64,000 nt of DNA from an uncultured Actinomycetes bacterium (lineage in GTDB: Bacteria > Actinomycetota > Thermoleophilia > Gaiellales > Gaiellaceae): positions 16,555 through 80,554 of the forward strand of contig CAWEWD010000006.1 of assembly GCA_963812695.1 (NCBI GenBank), written 5' to 3'. Shown piece after piece: positions 37,176 to 45,601 of the stretch. Position numbers and translations under genes: made by a program. How positions within the stretch are numbered: the stretch's first letter is position 1; each line of letters starts with the position of its first letter. The notes below the pieces were generated by a model. It did no database searches and had not been told where the DNA came from. It saw nothing but the letters and a program-made list of their open reading frames with translations.

Positions 37176-38760
37176 GACCGCCGATCGCTACAGCAGCCTC
37201 ATCCGTAAGGACCTGCACGACCTCGGTCTCTCGTACGACCTGTTTACGAGAACGACGACCAAGAACCACTACCGCGTGGTCCAGGACCTGTTCCGGACCG
37301 TGTACGAACACGGCTACATCGTCGAGCAGACTGCGATGGGCGCGTTTTCTGCCACCACCGGCCACACGCTCCCGGACCGCTACATCGAGGGAACGTGCCC
37401 GATCTGCGGGTTCGAGTCGGCCCGCGGGGACCAGTGCGACAACTGCGGCAACCAGCTCGATCCGATCGACCTGATCAACCCGCGCTCGAAGATCGACGGA
37501 ACGCCGCCCGTCTTCAGGGAGACGAACCATCTCTTCCTCGATCTCCCGGCCTTCGCGGAGCAGTTGACGGAGTGGGTCGGGCAACAGGACCAGTGGCGCC
37601 TGAACGTCCGGAATTTCTCGCTGGGGCTGCTCAAGGATCTGAAGCCGAGGCCGATCACCCGTGATCTCGACTGGGGCGTGCCGATCCCGGTCCCGCCCGA
37701 GTACGCGGATCGAGACGACAAGCGGATCTACGTCTGGTTCGACGCGGTCATCGGCTACCTGTCGGCGGCCGTCGAGTGGGCGGTGAACCGCGGGACGCCC
37801 GATGCGTGGCGCGAGTGGTGGCAGAACCCGGATGCGCGCCACGTGTACTTCATGGGCAAGGACAACATCGTGTTCCACACGGTGATCTGGCCGAGCATCC
37901 TGCTCGGGTACGGGGAGGGCGGCGAGCTCGGAGCCGGCAAACCACTCGAGCTCCCCGACGACATCGTCGCGAGCGAGTTCCTGACGATGGAGGGCAAGCA
38001 GTTCAGCGTCAGCCGTGGCGTCTCGATCGCCGTCGGCGACTTCCTCGGCCGCTACGACCCCGACCCGCTCCGCTACTTCCTGACCGCAGCCGGGCCGGAG
38101 ACGCAGGACACCGACTTCACGTGGTCCGAGTTCGTGCGGCGCAACAACGACGAGCTCGTCGCCAACTGGGGCAACCTCGTCAACAGGACGCTGAGCTCGG
38201 CGCACAAGAACTTCGGCGCGGTGCCCGAGCCGGGCGAGCTGACGGCCGACGACCGCGAGCTTCTCGATGCGATCGCGGCCGGCTTCGAGACCGTTGGCGA
38301 TTTGATCGAGTCCGCGCGCTACCGGGCAGCGCTCGGCGAGGCGATGAGGCTGGCGACGCTCGTCAACCGCTACACGGATCACCAGGCGCCGTGGGCGCTG
38401 ATCGAGTCCGACCGCGAGCGGGCCGGAACCGTCCTCTATGTCGCGTTGCGCGCGATCGACAGCCTGAAGACGATCTTCATGCCGTTCCTGCCGTTCTCCT
38501 CGCAGGCGGTGCACGAGCTGCTCGGCAACGAGGGAACGATCGCCGGGCCGCTCGAGCTTCGCGAGGTCGGCGGCGACGACGACCCGCACGAAGTGCTGAC
38601 GGGTGAATACGGGTCGTGGATTGGAACCTGGGAGCCGAGCGAGCTCTCCCCGGGACAGGTGCTTCAGAAGCCGCGTCCGCTGTTCAAGAAGCTCGATCCG
38701 GACGTCGTCGTGCCCGACGAGCTCGCTCGGATGGAAGCCCGCGCCGCAGCGTCGGAGTGA
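36921..38760 (+). CDS. metG: Methionine--tRNA ligase; N-terminus interrupted (+1 break between 36921 and about 36975)
   Basis: [22 protein letters not shown] (HIGH) lies in frame with ORF 37102-38760 but has no start. ATG 36921 ([10 protein letters not shown]...) lies in the -1 frame. Cys-rich CPICG...CDNCG zinc knuckle. Confidence 0.85.
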
Positions 38761-39503
38761 TCGACACCCACGCACACCTCGACGCCTGTGCGGACCGGCC
38801 GTCTGCGCTGATCAGGCGTGCACGCTCGGTCGGCGTCGAGCAGATCGTGACCGTCGGCACCGGCATCGACTCGTGCCGAGCGGCGCTCGAGCTGGCCGAG
38901 CTCCACGAGGAGGTCTTCGCGGCCGTCGGAATCGACCCGCACCAGGCCGGCGACTCGGAGGCGAGTCGCGTCGGCGAGCTGCGCGACCTCGCAGAACACG
39001 ATCGAGTGGTAGCCGTGGGGGAGACCGGCCTCGACTACTTCAGGGACCGCGCGCCGCGCGATCGGCAGCGCGGCCTCTTCGAAGCGCAGCTCGAGCTCGC
39101 CGCTGCCCTCGGCAAAGCCGTCGTCATCCATACACGTGACGCGGACGCCGACACGGCCGCCGTCCTCGCCGGGTTCGACGGCACTGTCGTCATGCACTGC
39201 TTCTCGTCGCCGGGCTTGCTGCAGACGGTGCTCGAACGCGGCTACTACGTCTCGTTCGCCGGCAACGTCACGTACCCGAAGGCCTCCGATCTGCGCGCCG
39301 CCGCGGCGCAGATTCCGGACGAGCGGATCCTCGTCGAGACGGACAGCCCGTACCTGGCGCCGCAGGCGCGCCGCGGCCGGCCGAACGAGCCGGCGAACGT
39401 CGTGCTCACCCTCGAAGCGCTCGCCAAGGCCCGGGGAATCGACGCCGCGGACCTCGGTGCGCAGATCACCGGGAACGCCGCGGCTGCGTTCTCGCTCCCG
39501 TGA
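38757..39503 (+). CDS. tatD: TatD-family metal-dependent hydrolase
   Basis: GTGA overlap with met[28 protein letters not shown]. Confidence 0.9.
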   Translation: MIDTHAHLDACADRPSALIRRARSVGVEQIVTVGTGIDSCRAALELAELHEEVFAAVGIDPHQAGDSEASRVGELRDLAEHDRVVAVGETGLDYFRDRAPRDRQRGLFEAQLELAAALGKAVVIHTRDADADTAAVLAGFDGTVVMHCFSSPGLLQTVLERGYYVSFAGNVTYPKASDLRAAAAQIPDERILVETDSPYLAPQARRGRPNEPANVVLTLEALAKARGIDAADLGAQITGNAAAAFSLP

Positions 39504-40282
39504 AGCTTCCGGTCGCACCCAACCGCGAGCTCGGACAGCACTTCCTCGTCGACGACAACATCCTTGGCGTCATCGGACGGCTCGCCGAGCTCGACGCCGA
39601 CGACATCGTGCTCGAGGTCGGGCCTGGCCTGGGAGTGCTGACCGAATACCTCGCTCAGCGAGTCGCGCGCGTGCACGCGATCGAGCTCGACCGCGGGCTC
39701 GAGCCACATCTCGCCGAGCGCCTTCATGGTCGAGACAACGTCGACCTCATGTTCGGCGACGCCATGCGCCTCGACCTCACAGCGCTCTATCCCGCACCCA
39801 CGAAGTTCGTTGCGAACCTGCCGTACAACGTCGCCACGCCACTGATCGCGGAGAGCCTGGACGGCCTGCCGAGCGTCACTCACTGGACGGTCATGGTCCA
39901 GCGCGAGGTCGCGGACCGCCTGTTCGCCCGGCCCAGCACGAAGGCGTACGGCGCAGTCTCGGTGCTCGTGCAACTCGCCACCGAGCGCACCGGCTTCCAT
40001 CCCGTCTCCCGGACGGTTTTCCGGCCGCCCCCGAACGTCGACTCCGCGTTGGTCGCCTTCCGCCGGATCCCGCTGCCCGACGACTTCGCCGCTGTCAAGA
40101 ACGTCGTCGAGGCGGCGTTCGCGCACCGGCGCAAGACTCTGCCGAACTCGATCGACCTCGCCGGCCTGGCGCCTCGCGCGCGGGCCGCGGAGGCGCTGGC
40201 CGCAATCGACCGCGACCCCGCTGTCCGGGCGGAAGCGCTCGAGCCGCACGAGTTCGTCGCGCTCACCGCAGCGTTGAGATGA
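39500..40282 (+). CDS. rsmA: 16S rRNA (adenine1518/1519-N6)-dimethyltransferase
   Basis: GTGA overlap. LGQHFL, EVGPGLGVLT, NLPYNV. Confidence 0.92.
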   Translation: MKLPVAPNRELGQHFLVDDNILGVIGRLAELDADDIVLEVGPGLGVLTEYLAQRVARVHAIELDRGLEPHLAERLHGRDNVDLMFGDAMRLDLTALYPAPTKFVANLPYNVATPLIAESLDGLPSVTHWTVMVQREVADRLFARPSTKAYGAVSVLVQLATERTGFHPVSRTVFRPPPNVDSALVAFRRIPLPDDFAAVKNVVEAAFAHRRKTLPNSIDLAGLAPRARAAEALAAIDRDPAVRAEALEPHEFVALTAALR

Positions 40283-41072
40283 AGGCGCTCGACGCTCCGG
40301 CGAAGATCAACCTGGCGCTGGTCGTCGGCCCGGTACGGCCGGACGGCAAGCACGAGGTCGCGACCGTGCTCCAGCGGGTCGACCTCGCAGACCGGATTTC
40401 GCTCGAGCCGGGCTCGGCGCTCGAGATCGACGGCTTCCCGGAGGACACGCTCGTCCGGGACGCGCTGCTCGCGCTCGCGAAGGCCTGCGGCCGCCGAGCC
40501 CAACTGGTCGGTCCGGATCGAGAAGAGAATCCCGGTCGCGTCCGGCCTGGGCGGAGGAAGCTCGGATGCCGCAGCCGCGCTTCGACTCGCGAACGAGACG
40601 CTGCCGGCTCCGTTGAGCGCCGAGTCCCTGCACGACGTCGCCGCGGAGCTTGGCGCGGATGTGCCGTTCTTCCTGACCGGCGGCTCACAGCTCGGCACCG
40701 GCGACGGCTCGGAGCTGGAGCCCGTCGACCTGCCGCGTGATTACGTGATCCTTCTTCTACTCTCAGAGGGCGCGACGAAGTCGTCGACGGGGGAGGTCTA
40801 CGCCGCGTTCACCGGCGAACACGACTTCGACGAGCGGCGCGCTCGGCTGATCGCGGCCGTCGAAGCCCGCAACCTCGCCGCACTGCCGCCGAACGACCTC
40901 GCCTCCTCGCCGCTCGCGCAGGAGCTCCGCGCCGCCGGGGCTTTCCGCGCGGACGTCTCGGGAGCCGGCCCGACGGTCTATGGGCTCTTCGCCGACGAAG
41001 CGCAAGCCGTCGCTGCTCGAGAGCCTCTTCGCCGACCGCTGCACGACCTGGCTGACGGCGCCTGCTTGGTAG
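40279..41072 (+). CDS. ispE: 4-diphosphocytidyl-2-C-methyl-D-erythritol kinase; frame interrupted twice (near 40492 and 41018)
   Basis: ATGA overlap. PAKINLALVV. The GHMP motif IPVASGLGGGSSDAAA lies in the +1 frame. The C-terminus ESLFADRCTTWLTAPAW lies in the next +1 frame and stops at 41072. Confidence 0.8.
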
Positions 41073-41081
41073 CGTTGCTGC

Positions 41082-41438
41082 GTGATCGAGCCAGGCGTCA
41101 TCGAGCACCGCCAGGGCCGCTTCGGCCGGTGGCTCCGCGAGCGCCGCGTGGCGATCGCGGTCTGGATCGCCGTCATCGAAGGACTGCTGCTGATCGTCCA
41201 TGCGATCCCGAGGCTGCTCACGCTCGCGATCGCCGTACTCGTCGTCGTCGCGTTCTTCTGGCTCGGACATCGCCTGCGCCCGGGAGCGCTCAAGGACATC
41301 GCGTGGATCGCCGCCGTCTCCCAGGCCTTCGTGATGCTGATCCCGATCCTCGCGATCGTCGTCGGCACGCTCGCCTTCGTCGCCGTCGGCATCCTCGCCG
41401 TCCTCGCGTTGGTGCTCCTCTTCACGAACCGAAGCTAA
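41082..41438 (+). CDS. Hypothetical membrane protein
   Basis: 118 aa, three TM helices, GTG start. Confidence 0.6.
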   Translation: MIEPGVIEHRQGRFGRWLRERRVAIAVWIAVIEGLLLIVHAIPRLLTLAIAVLVVVAFFWLGHRLRPGALKDIAWIAAVSQAFVMLIPILAIVVGTLAFVAVGILAVLALVLLFTNRS

Positions 41439-41454
41439 ACTGCGAGCGCCTGAT

Positions 41455-41525
41455 TGGGGCGTAGCCAAGTGGTAAGGCAACGGGTTTTGGTCCCGTGATC
41501 CCAGGTTCGAATCCTGGCGCCCCAG
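41455..41525 (+). tRNA. tRNA-Gln (anticodon UUG)
   Basis: Hand-folded cloverleaf. Acceptor TGGGGCG/CGCCCCA, anticodon stem ACGGG/CCCGT with loop TTTTGGT, T-arm CCAGG-TTCGAAT-CCTGG. No encoded CCA. Confidence 0.9.
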
Positions 41526-41539
41526 AACCTTTGCGTCCT

Positions 41540-42859
41540 ATGAGCCAGTCGAACCCAGCTGCTGTCGTGCTCGCCGGCGGTCTCGGCACGCGGATGAAGT
41601 CCGACACGCCGAAGCACTTCCACCGGATTCTCGGCCGGCGGATGGTCGACTGGGTGGTCGAGGCTGCGCGTGCCGTCGACGCGGATCCGCTCGTCGTCGT
41701 TACCTCCCCGCAGGGCGTCAGTGAGCTCGACGGGATCCAGACCGCGGTCCAGCGCGAGCCCCGCGGTACCGGCGATGCGCTCGCGGCGGCCCGGAAGGCG
41801 CTCGACGGCGTGGCGAGCGACCTGTTCGTGCTCAGCGGCGATGCACCCGTGATCAGCCCGACGCTCCTGCGCGACCTCCTCGAGACCCACCGGCGAGAGA
41901 GCGCCGCGGCCACGATCCTCTCGTTCCGCCCGCCCGACCCACGCGAATATGGGCGCGTGATCAGAGACGGTGACGGCGCGGTTCAGGCGATCGTCGAGGC
42001 AGCCGACGCGTCCTCCGACGAGCTCGCCGTCGACGAGGTCAACTCCTCGATCTACGTGTTCGCCGCGGATCGCGTCTGGCCCGCGCTCGAGCAGCTCGAC
42101 ACCGCGAACGAGCAGGGCGAGCTGTACCTCACGGACGCAGTCCGCGCACTGGTTGAGAATGGCGACCATGTCGCCGCGTACGTCGCACCCGATCCGATCG
42201 AGGCCGAGGGCGTGAACACGCGGGCCGAGCTCGCTGCTGCAGGCGCCGCCCTGCGGGACCGCATCAACGAGGAGCACATGCTCGCCGGGGTCACGATCGT
42301 CGATCCGCAGACGACCTGGATCGAGCCGGACGTCGAGATCGAGCCGGACGCCGAGATCCATCCGTTCACGGTCCTTCGCGGGAGATCGAAGGTCTCTGCC
42401 GGCGCGGTCGTCGGTCCGCATGCGGTCGTCGTCGACGCCGAGATCGGCCCCGCTGCGACCGTCGGGCCATTCTGTTACCTTCGCCCCGGAACCCACCTCG
42501 AAGGCGGAGCGAAGGCGGGCACATTCGTGGAGATCAAGAACTCGCGCATCGGCGTCGGCGCGAAGGTCCCTCATCTGTCTTACATCGGCGACGCCGACGT
42601 GGGCGAGGAGACGAACATCGGTGCGGGCGCGATCACGGCCAACTACCGGCCCGAGCTCGGCCCGGGCAAGTTCCGAACGGAGATCGGCCGCAACGTCCAC
42701 ACGGGCAGCGACAATGTCTTCGTTGCTCCGGTCACGATTGGCGACAACGCTTGGGTCGCTTCGGGCTCGGTCGTCACGAAGAACGTCCCGCCCGGAGCGC
42801 TCGCGATCGCCCGAAGCCGCCAGGTCAACAAGGAGGGATATGACGATCGAAAGCGTTGA
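41540..42859 (+). CDS. glmU: Bifunctional GlcNAc-1-P uridyltransferase / GlcN-1-P acetyltransferase
   Basis: LAGGLGTRMKS; left-handed beta-helix hexapeptide repeats in the C-terminal half. Confidence 0.92.
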   Translation: MSQSNPAAVVLAGGLGTRMKSDTPKHFHRILGRRMVDWVVEAARAVDADPLVVVTSPQGVSELDGIQTAVQREPRGTGDALAAARKALDGVASDLFVLSGDAPVISPTLLRDLLETHRRESAAATILSFRPPDPREYGRVIRDGDGAVQAIVEAADASSDELAVDEVNSSIYVFAADRVWPALEQLDTANEQGELYLTDAVRALVENGDHVAAYVAPDPIEAEGVNTRAELAAAGAALRDRINEEHMLAGVTIVDPQTTWIEPDVEIEPDAEIHPFTVLRGRSKVSAGAVVGPHAVVVDAEIGPAATVGPFCYLRPGTHLEGGAKAGTFVEIKNSRIGVGAKVPHLSYIGDADVGEETNIGAGAITANYRPELGPGKFRTEIGRNVHTGSDNVFVAPVTIGDNAWVASGSVVTKNVPPGALAIARSRQVNKEGYDDRKR

Positions 42860-43901
42860 GCTTACGGCGTCGCTACCCGGCTTCGAGTCCGCGGAGCCAC
42901 GTGCCGAGCCCGTGCCGGGACACTTCATCGAGCGCGGTCCGCTCAAGCGCCTCATGGTCTTCGCGGGGCGGTCGCACCCCGAGCTCGCGCAGCGCATGGC
43001 GGAGCAGCTGGGCGTGGAGCTCGGCGACGTCGAGCTCAAGTCGTTCGCGAACGACGAGACGTACGTGCGCTACACGGAATCGATCCGCGGCGCCGACGTC
43101 TTCATCGTCCAGACGGGCTCCGAGCCGGTCGACCGCAACCTCATGGAGCTCCTGCTGATGATCCAGGCGGCAAAGCTCGCGTCGGCGAAGCGCATCACCG
43201 CGGTCATCCCGTGGTTCCCGTACTCCCGCCAGGATCGCAAGGCGAAGCCGCGTGAGCCGATCTCGGGCCGGCTCGTTGCCGACATGCTCCAGCTGGCCGG
43301 CGCCGACCGCGTTCTGACGATGGATCTCCACGCGGGGCAGATCCAGGGCTTCTTCACGATCCCCGTCGACCACATGACGGCCCTCCCGCTGTTCGCGAAG
43401 CACTTCCGCGACCTGGGGCTCACCGGCGAAGGCGTCGTCTCCGTCGCGCCGGATGCCGGACGCGCGAAGCACGCGCTCAAATTCTCCGAGATGATCTCGG
43501 CCGACTTCGCGATCATGCACAAGACCCGGCCTGCCCACGAGCAGGTCGGGATCGTCGAGGTCACGGGGCGTGTGCGCGACAAGATCGCCGTTGTCGGCGA
43601 CGACGTGACGACGACGGGCGGGACGCAGATCGCCGGCGCGAAAGTGCTCCTCGAGCACGGCGCGAAGGAGGTCTGGATGTTCGTGACCCACTCCCTGCTC
43701 GACGCCGAGACGCTGAGCCGTGTCGCCGCCTCCGGGATCACCGGGCTCGTCGTCACCGACACGGTTCCGGTCGATCCGACCCGGAAGCCGGACAACGTCA
43801 CGGTGCTGACCGTTTCGCGCCTCCTGGCCGAGACGATCATGAACGTCTTCTCAGACGATTCCGTGTCGGCGATCTTCGGCGGCGAAAACCAGCTCTTCTA
43901 G
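42840..43901 (+). CDS. prs: Ribose-phosphate pyrophosphokinase
   Basis: AAGGAGGGA SD. DLHAGQIQGFF and the PRPP loop VGDDVTTTGGT. 30-aa N-terminal extension. Confidence 0.92.
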   Translation: MTIESVELTASLPGFESAEPRAEPVPGHFIERGPLKRLMVFAGRSHPELAQRMAEQLGVELGDVELKSFANDETYVRYTESIRGADVFIVQTGSEPVDRNLMELLLMIQAAKLASAKRITAVIPWFPYSRQDRKAKPREPISGRLVADMLQLAGADRVLTMDLHAGQIQGFFTIPVDHMTALPLFAKHFRDLGLTGEGVVSVAPDAGRAKHALKFSEMISADFAIMHKTRPAHEQVGIVEVTGRVRDKIAVVGDDVTTTGGTQIAGAKVLLEHGAKEVWMFVTHSLLDAETLSRVAASGITGLVVTDTVPVDPTRKPDNVTVLTVSRLLAETIMNVFSDDSVSAIFGGENQLF

Positions 43902-43937
43902 TTTCACCGCCCCGGGATCCGGGTAGCCATCCCGGAC

Positions 43938-44111
43938 ATGTTCAGACCGAGCCTCCTGGGCATCGTCTACCTGGTCGTGGGAGTCGCCGTTGCCGCGTCG
44001 CACCACTACTTCAAGCATCTGGACACGATCCGGCTGATCGCCTCGGCCGTGCTCGCGGTCGTTCTCTGGCCGCTCCTGCTGCTCGGAATCGACCTGCACA
44101 TCACGAAGTAG
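43938..44111 (+). CDS. Small membrane protein (57 aa; below the ORF-track cutoff)
   Basis: Hand translation: MFRPSLLGIVYLVVGVAVAASHHYFKHLDTIRLIASAVLAVVLWPLLLLGIDLHITK. Two TM helices, GC3-rich. Confidence 0.45.
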   Translation: MFRPSLLGIVYLVVGVAVAASHHYFKHLDTIRLIASAVLAVVLWPLLLLGIDLHITK

Positions 44112-44134
44112 CGTCGCTACACTTCGGCGCCGAC

Positions 44135-44854
44135 ATGGCGGGCGAACGCATGAAGCTGGAGGTCAACGACCGCGAAGGGCGCGGCTCCGCCGACGCGCGG
44201 CGCCTGCGCGCGGGCGGTCTCGTGCCCGGCGTTCTCTACGGGCGCGGCAAGAAGCCGCATGCGTTCTGCGTGCCCGAGCGCGACCTTCGCCGCGCGCTGT
44301 CCGGCGACTCCGGCCTGCACGCAATCCTCGACGTCGTCCTGGCCGGCCAGAAGACGACGCATCCGGCCGTGCTCAAGGACTATCAGCAGGACGTCCCGAG
44401 CGGCCGGCTGGCGCACATCGACCTGCACGAGGTTCGGCTCGACGAGCCGATCCAGGCGCAGGTGTCGATCGACCTGGTCGGTGAGTCGGCCGGCGTCAAG
44501 GAGGGCGGTGTGCTCTCGCAGGTGCAGCGCGAGATCAGGGTCGAGGCGCTGCCGCTCGAGATCCCTGACCACCTCGAGCTCGATGTGAGCGGGATGGCGA
44601 TCGGCGACACGCTACGGCTCGTCGACCTGCCTGTTCAGGAGGGCGTGACCTTCCTCGACGACCCCGAGGAGACGGTGCTGGCGACGGTGACCGCTCCGAC
44701 GGTGATCGTCGAGCCCGAGGTCGAGGAAGAGGAGCTGGAAGAGGGCGAGCTGCCCGAGGGCGAGGTCCCGGAGGGCGAGGAGGCTCCCGAGGGCGAGGCT
44801 GCCGAGGGCGAGGCTTCGGCCGAGTCCGGCGGCGAAGACCAGCCCGAGGAATAG
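44135..44854 (+). CDS. rplY: 50S ribosomal protein L25 / general stress protein Ctc
   Basis: RRLRAGGLVPGVLYG and an acidic E/G/P-rich tail. ATG 44150 is an alternative start. Confidence 0.9.
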   Translation: MAGERMKLEVNDREGRGSADARRLRAGGLVPGVLYGRGKKPHAFCVPERDLRRALSGDSGLHAILDVVLAGQKTTHPAVLKDYQQDVPSGRLAHIDLHEVRLDEPIQAQVSIDLVGESAGVKEGGVLSQVQREIRVEALPLEIPDHLELDVSGMAIGDTLRLVDLPVQEGVTFLDDPEETVLATVTAPTVIVEPEVEEEELEEGELPEGEVPEGEEAPEGEAAEGEASAESGGEDQPEE

Positions 44855-44857
44855 CCC

Positions 44858-45451
44858 ATGCGGCTGTTCCGTCGGGGCGAGCGGGCCTCGACGCTGGACC
44901 TGCTCGTGGCAGGGCTCGGAAACCCGGGTCGCGAGTACGAGAGGACGCGGCACAACGCCGGCTGGATGGTCGTCGACGAGCTCGCTCGCCGGCACGAGGG
45001 CTCGTTCCGATCGAAGTTCGACGGCCAGCTGTCGGAGATCCGGCTCGGCGACCTGCGGCTCGCGCTGTTGAAGCCCGAGACCTACATGAACGTCTCCGGC
45101 AAGTCGATTGCGGCCGCGCAGCGGTTCTTCAAGGTGGAGCCGGATTCGCTCCTGATCGTGCACGACGACGTCGACCTCGAGCCCGGGCGCTTGCAGGCAC
45201 GAGTCGGAGGCGGGCTCGGCGGCCACAACGGCCTGCGCTCGGTCGCGGGCGCGCTCGGAACGCAGGACTTCCTGCGGCTCCGCGTCGGCGTCGGCCGTCC
45301 CGGCCGGGGTGACCGCCGGCCGGTCGCCGACTACGTGCTGTCGGCGTTCGAGCCGGAGTTGGACGTCGACGCGCTGATCGCCAGGGCCGCGGACGCCGTC
45401 GAGACGATCGCGGTCGAAGGCCTCGAGCCGGCGCAGCAGCACTTCAATTGA
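44858..45451 (+). CDS. pth: Peptidyl-tRNA hydrolase
   Basis: GLGNPGREYERTRHNAGW, GGHNGLRS. Confidence 0.95.
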   Translation: MRLFRRGERASTLDLLVAGLGNPGREYERTRHNAGWMVVDELARRHEGSFRSKFDGQLSEIRLGDLRLALLKPETYMNVSGKSIAAAQRFFKVEPDSLLIVHDDVDLEPGRLQARVGGGLGGHNGLRSVAGALGTQDFLRLRVGVGRPGRGDRRPVADYVLSAFEPELDVDALIARAADAVETIAVEGLEPAQQHFN

Positions 45452-45601
45452 CCCGCTAGCGGCACAGTCGCGTCACACCGATCCACATACCCTCGAGAAC
45501 CCCGTGGGTGGGTGGGGGCTAGGGATGGGACCGACTCCGGGTTCCGCCTCGACCCCGCGGATAGCATTCAGACCCGCGGAACCTCGGTTCCGTCGCTCGT
45601 C

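Noticed and set aside
41455-41525. Integrated element or genomic island at tRNA-Gln
   Set aside because: There is no integrase, no direct repeat of the tRNA 3' end and no compositional shift. The flanking genes (ispE operon, glmU-prs) are core and syntenic.
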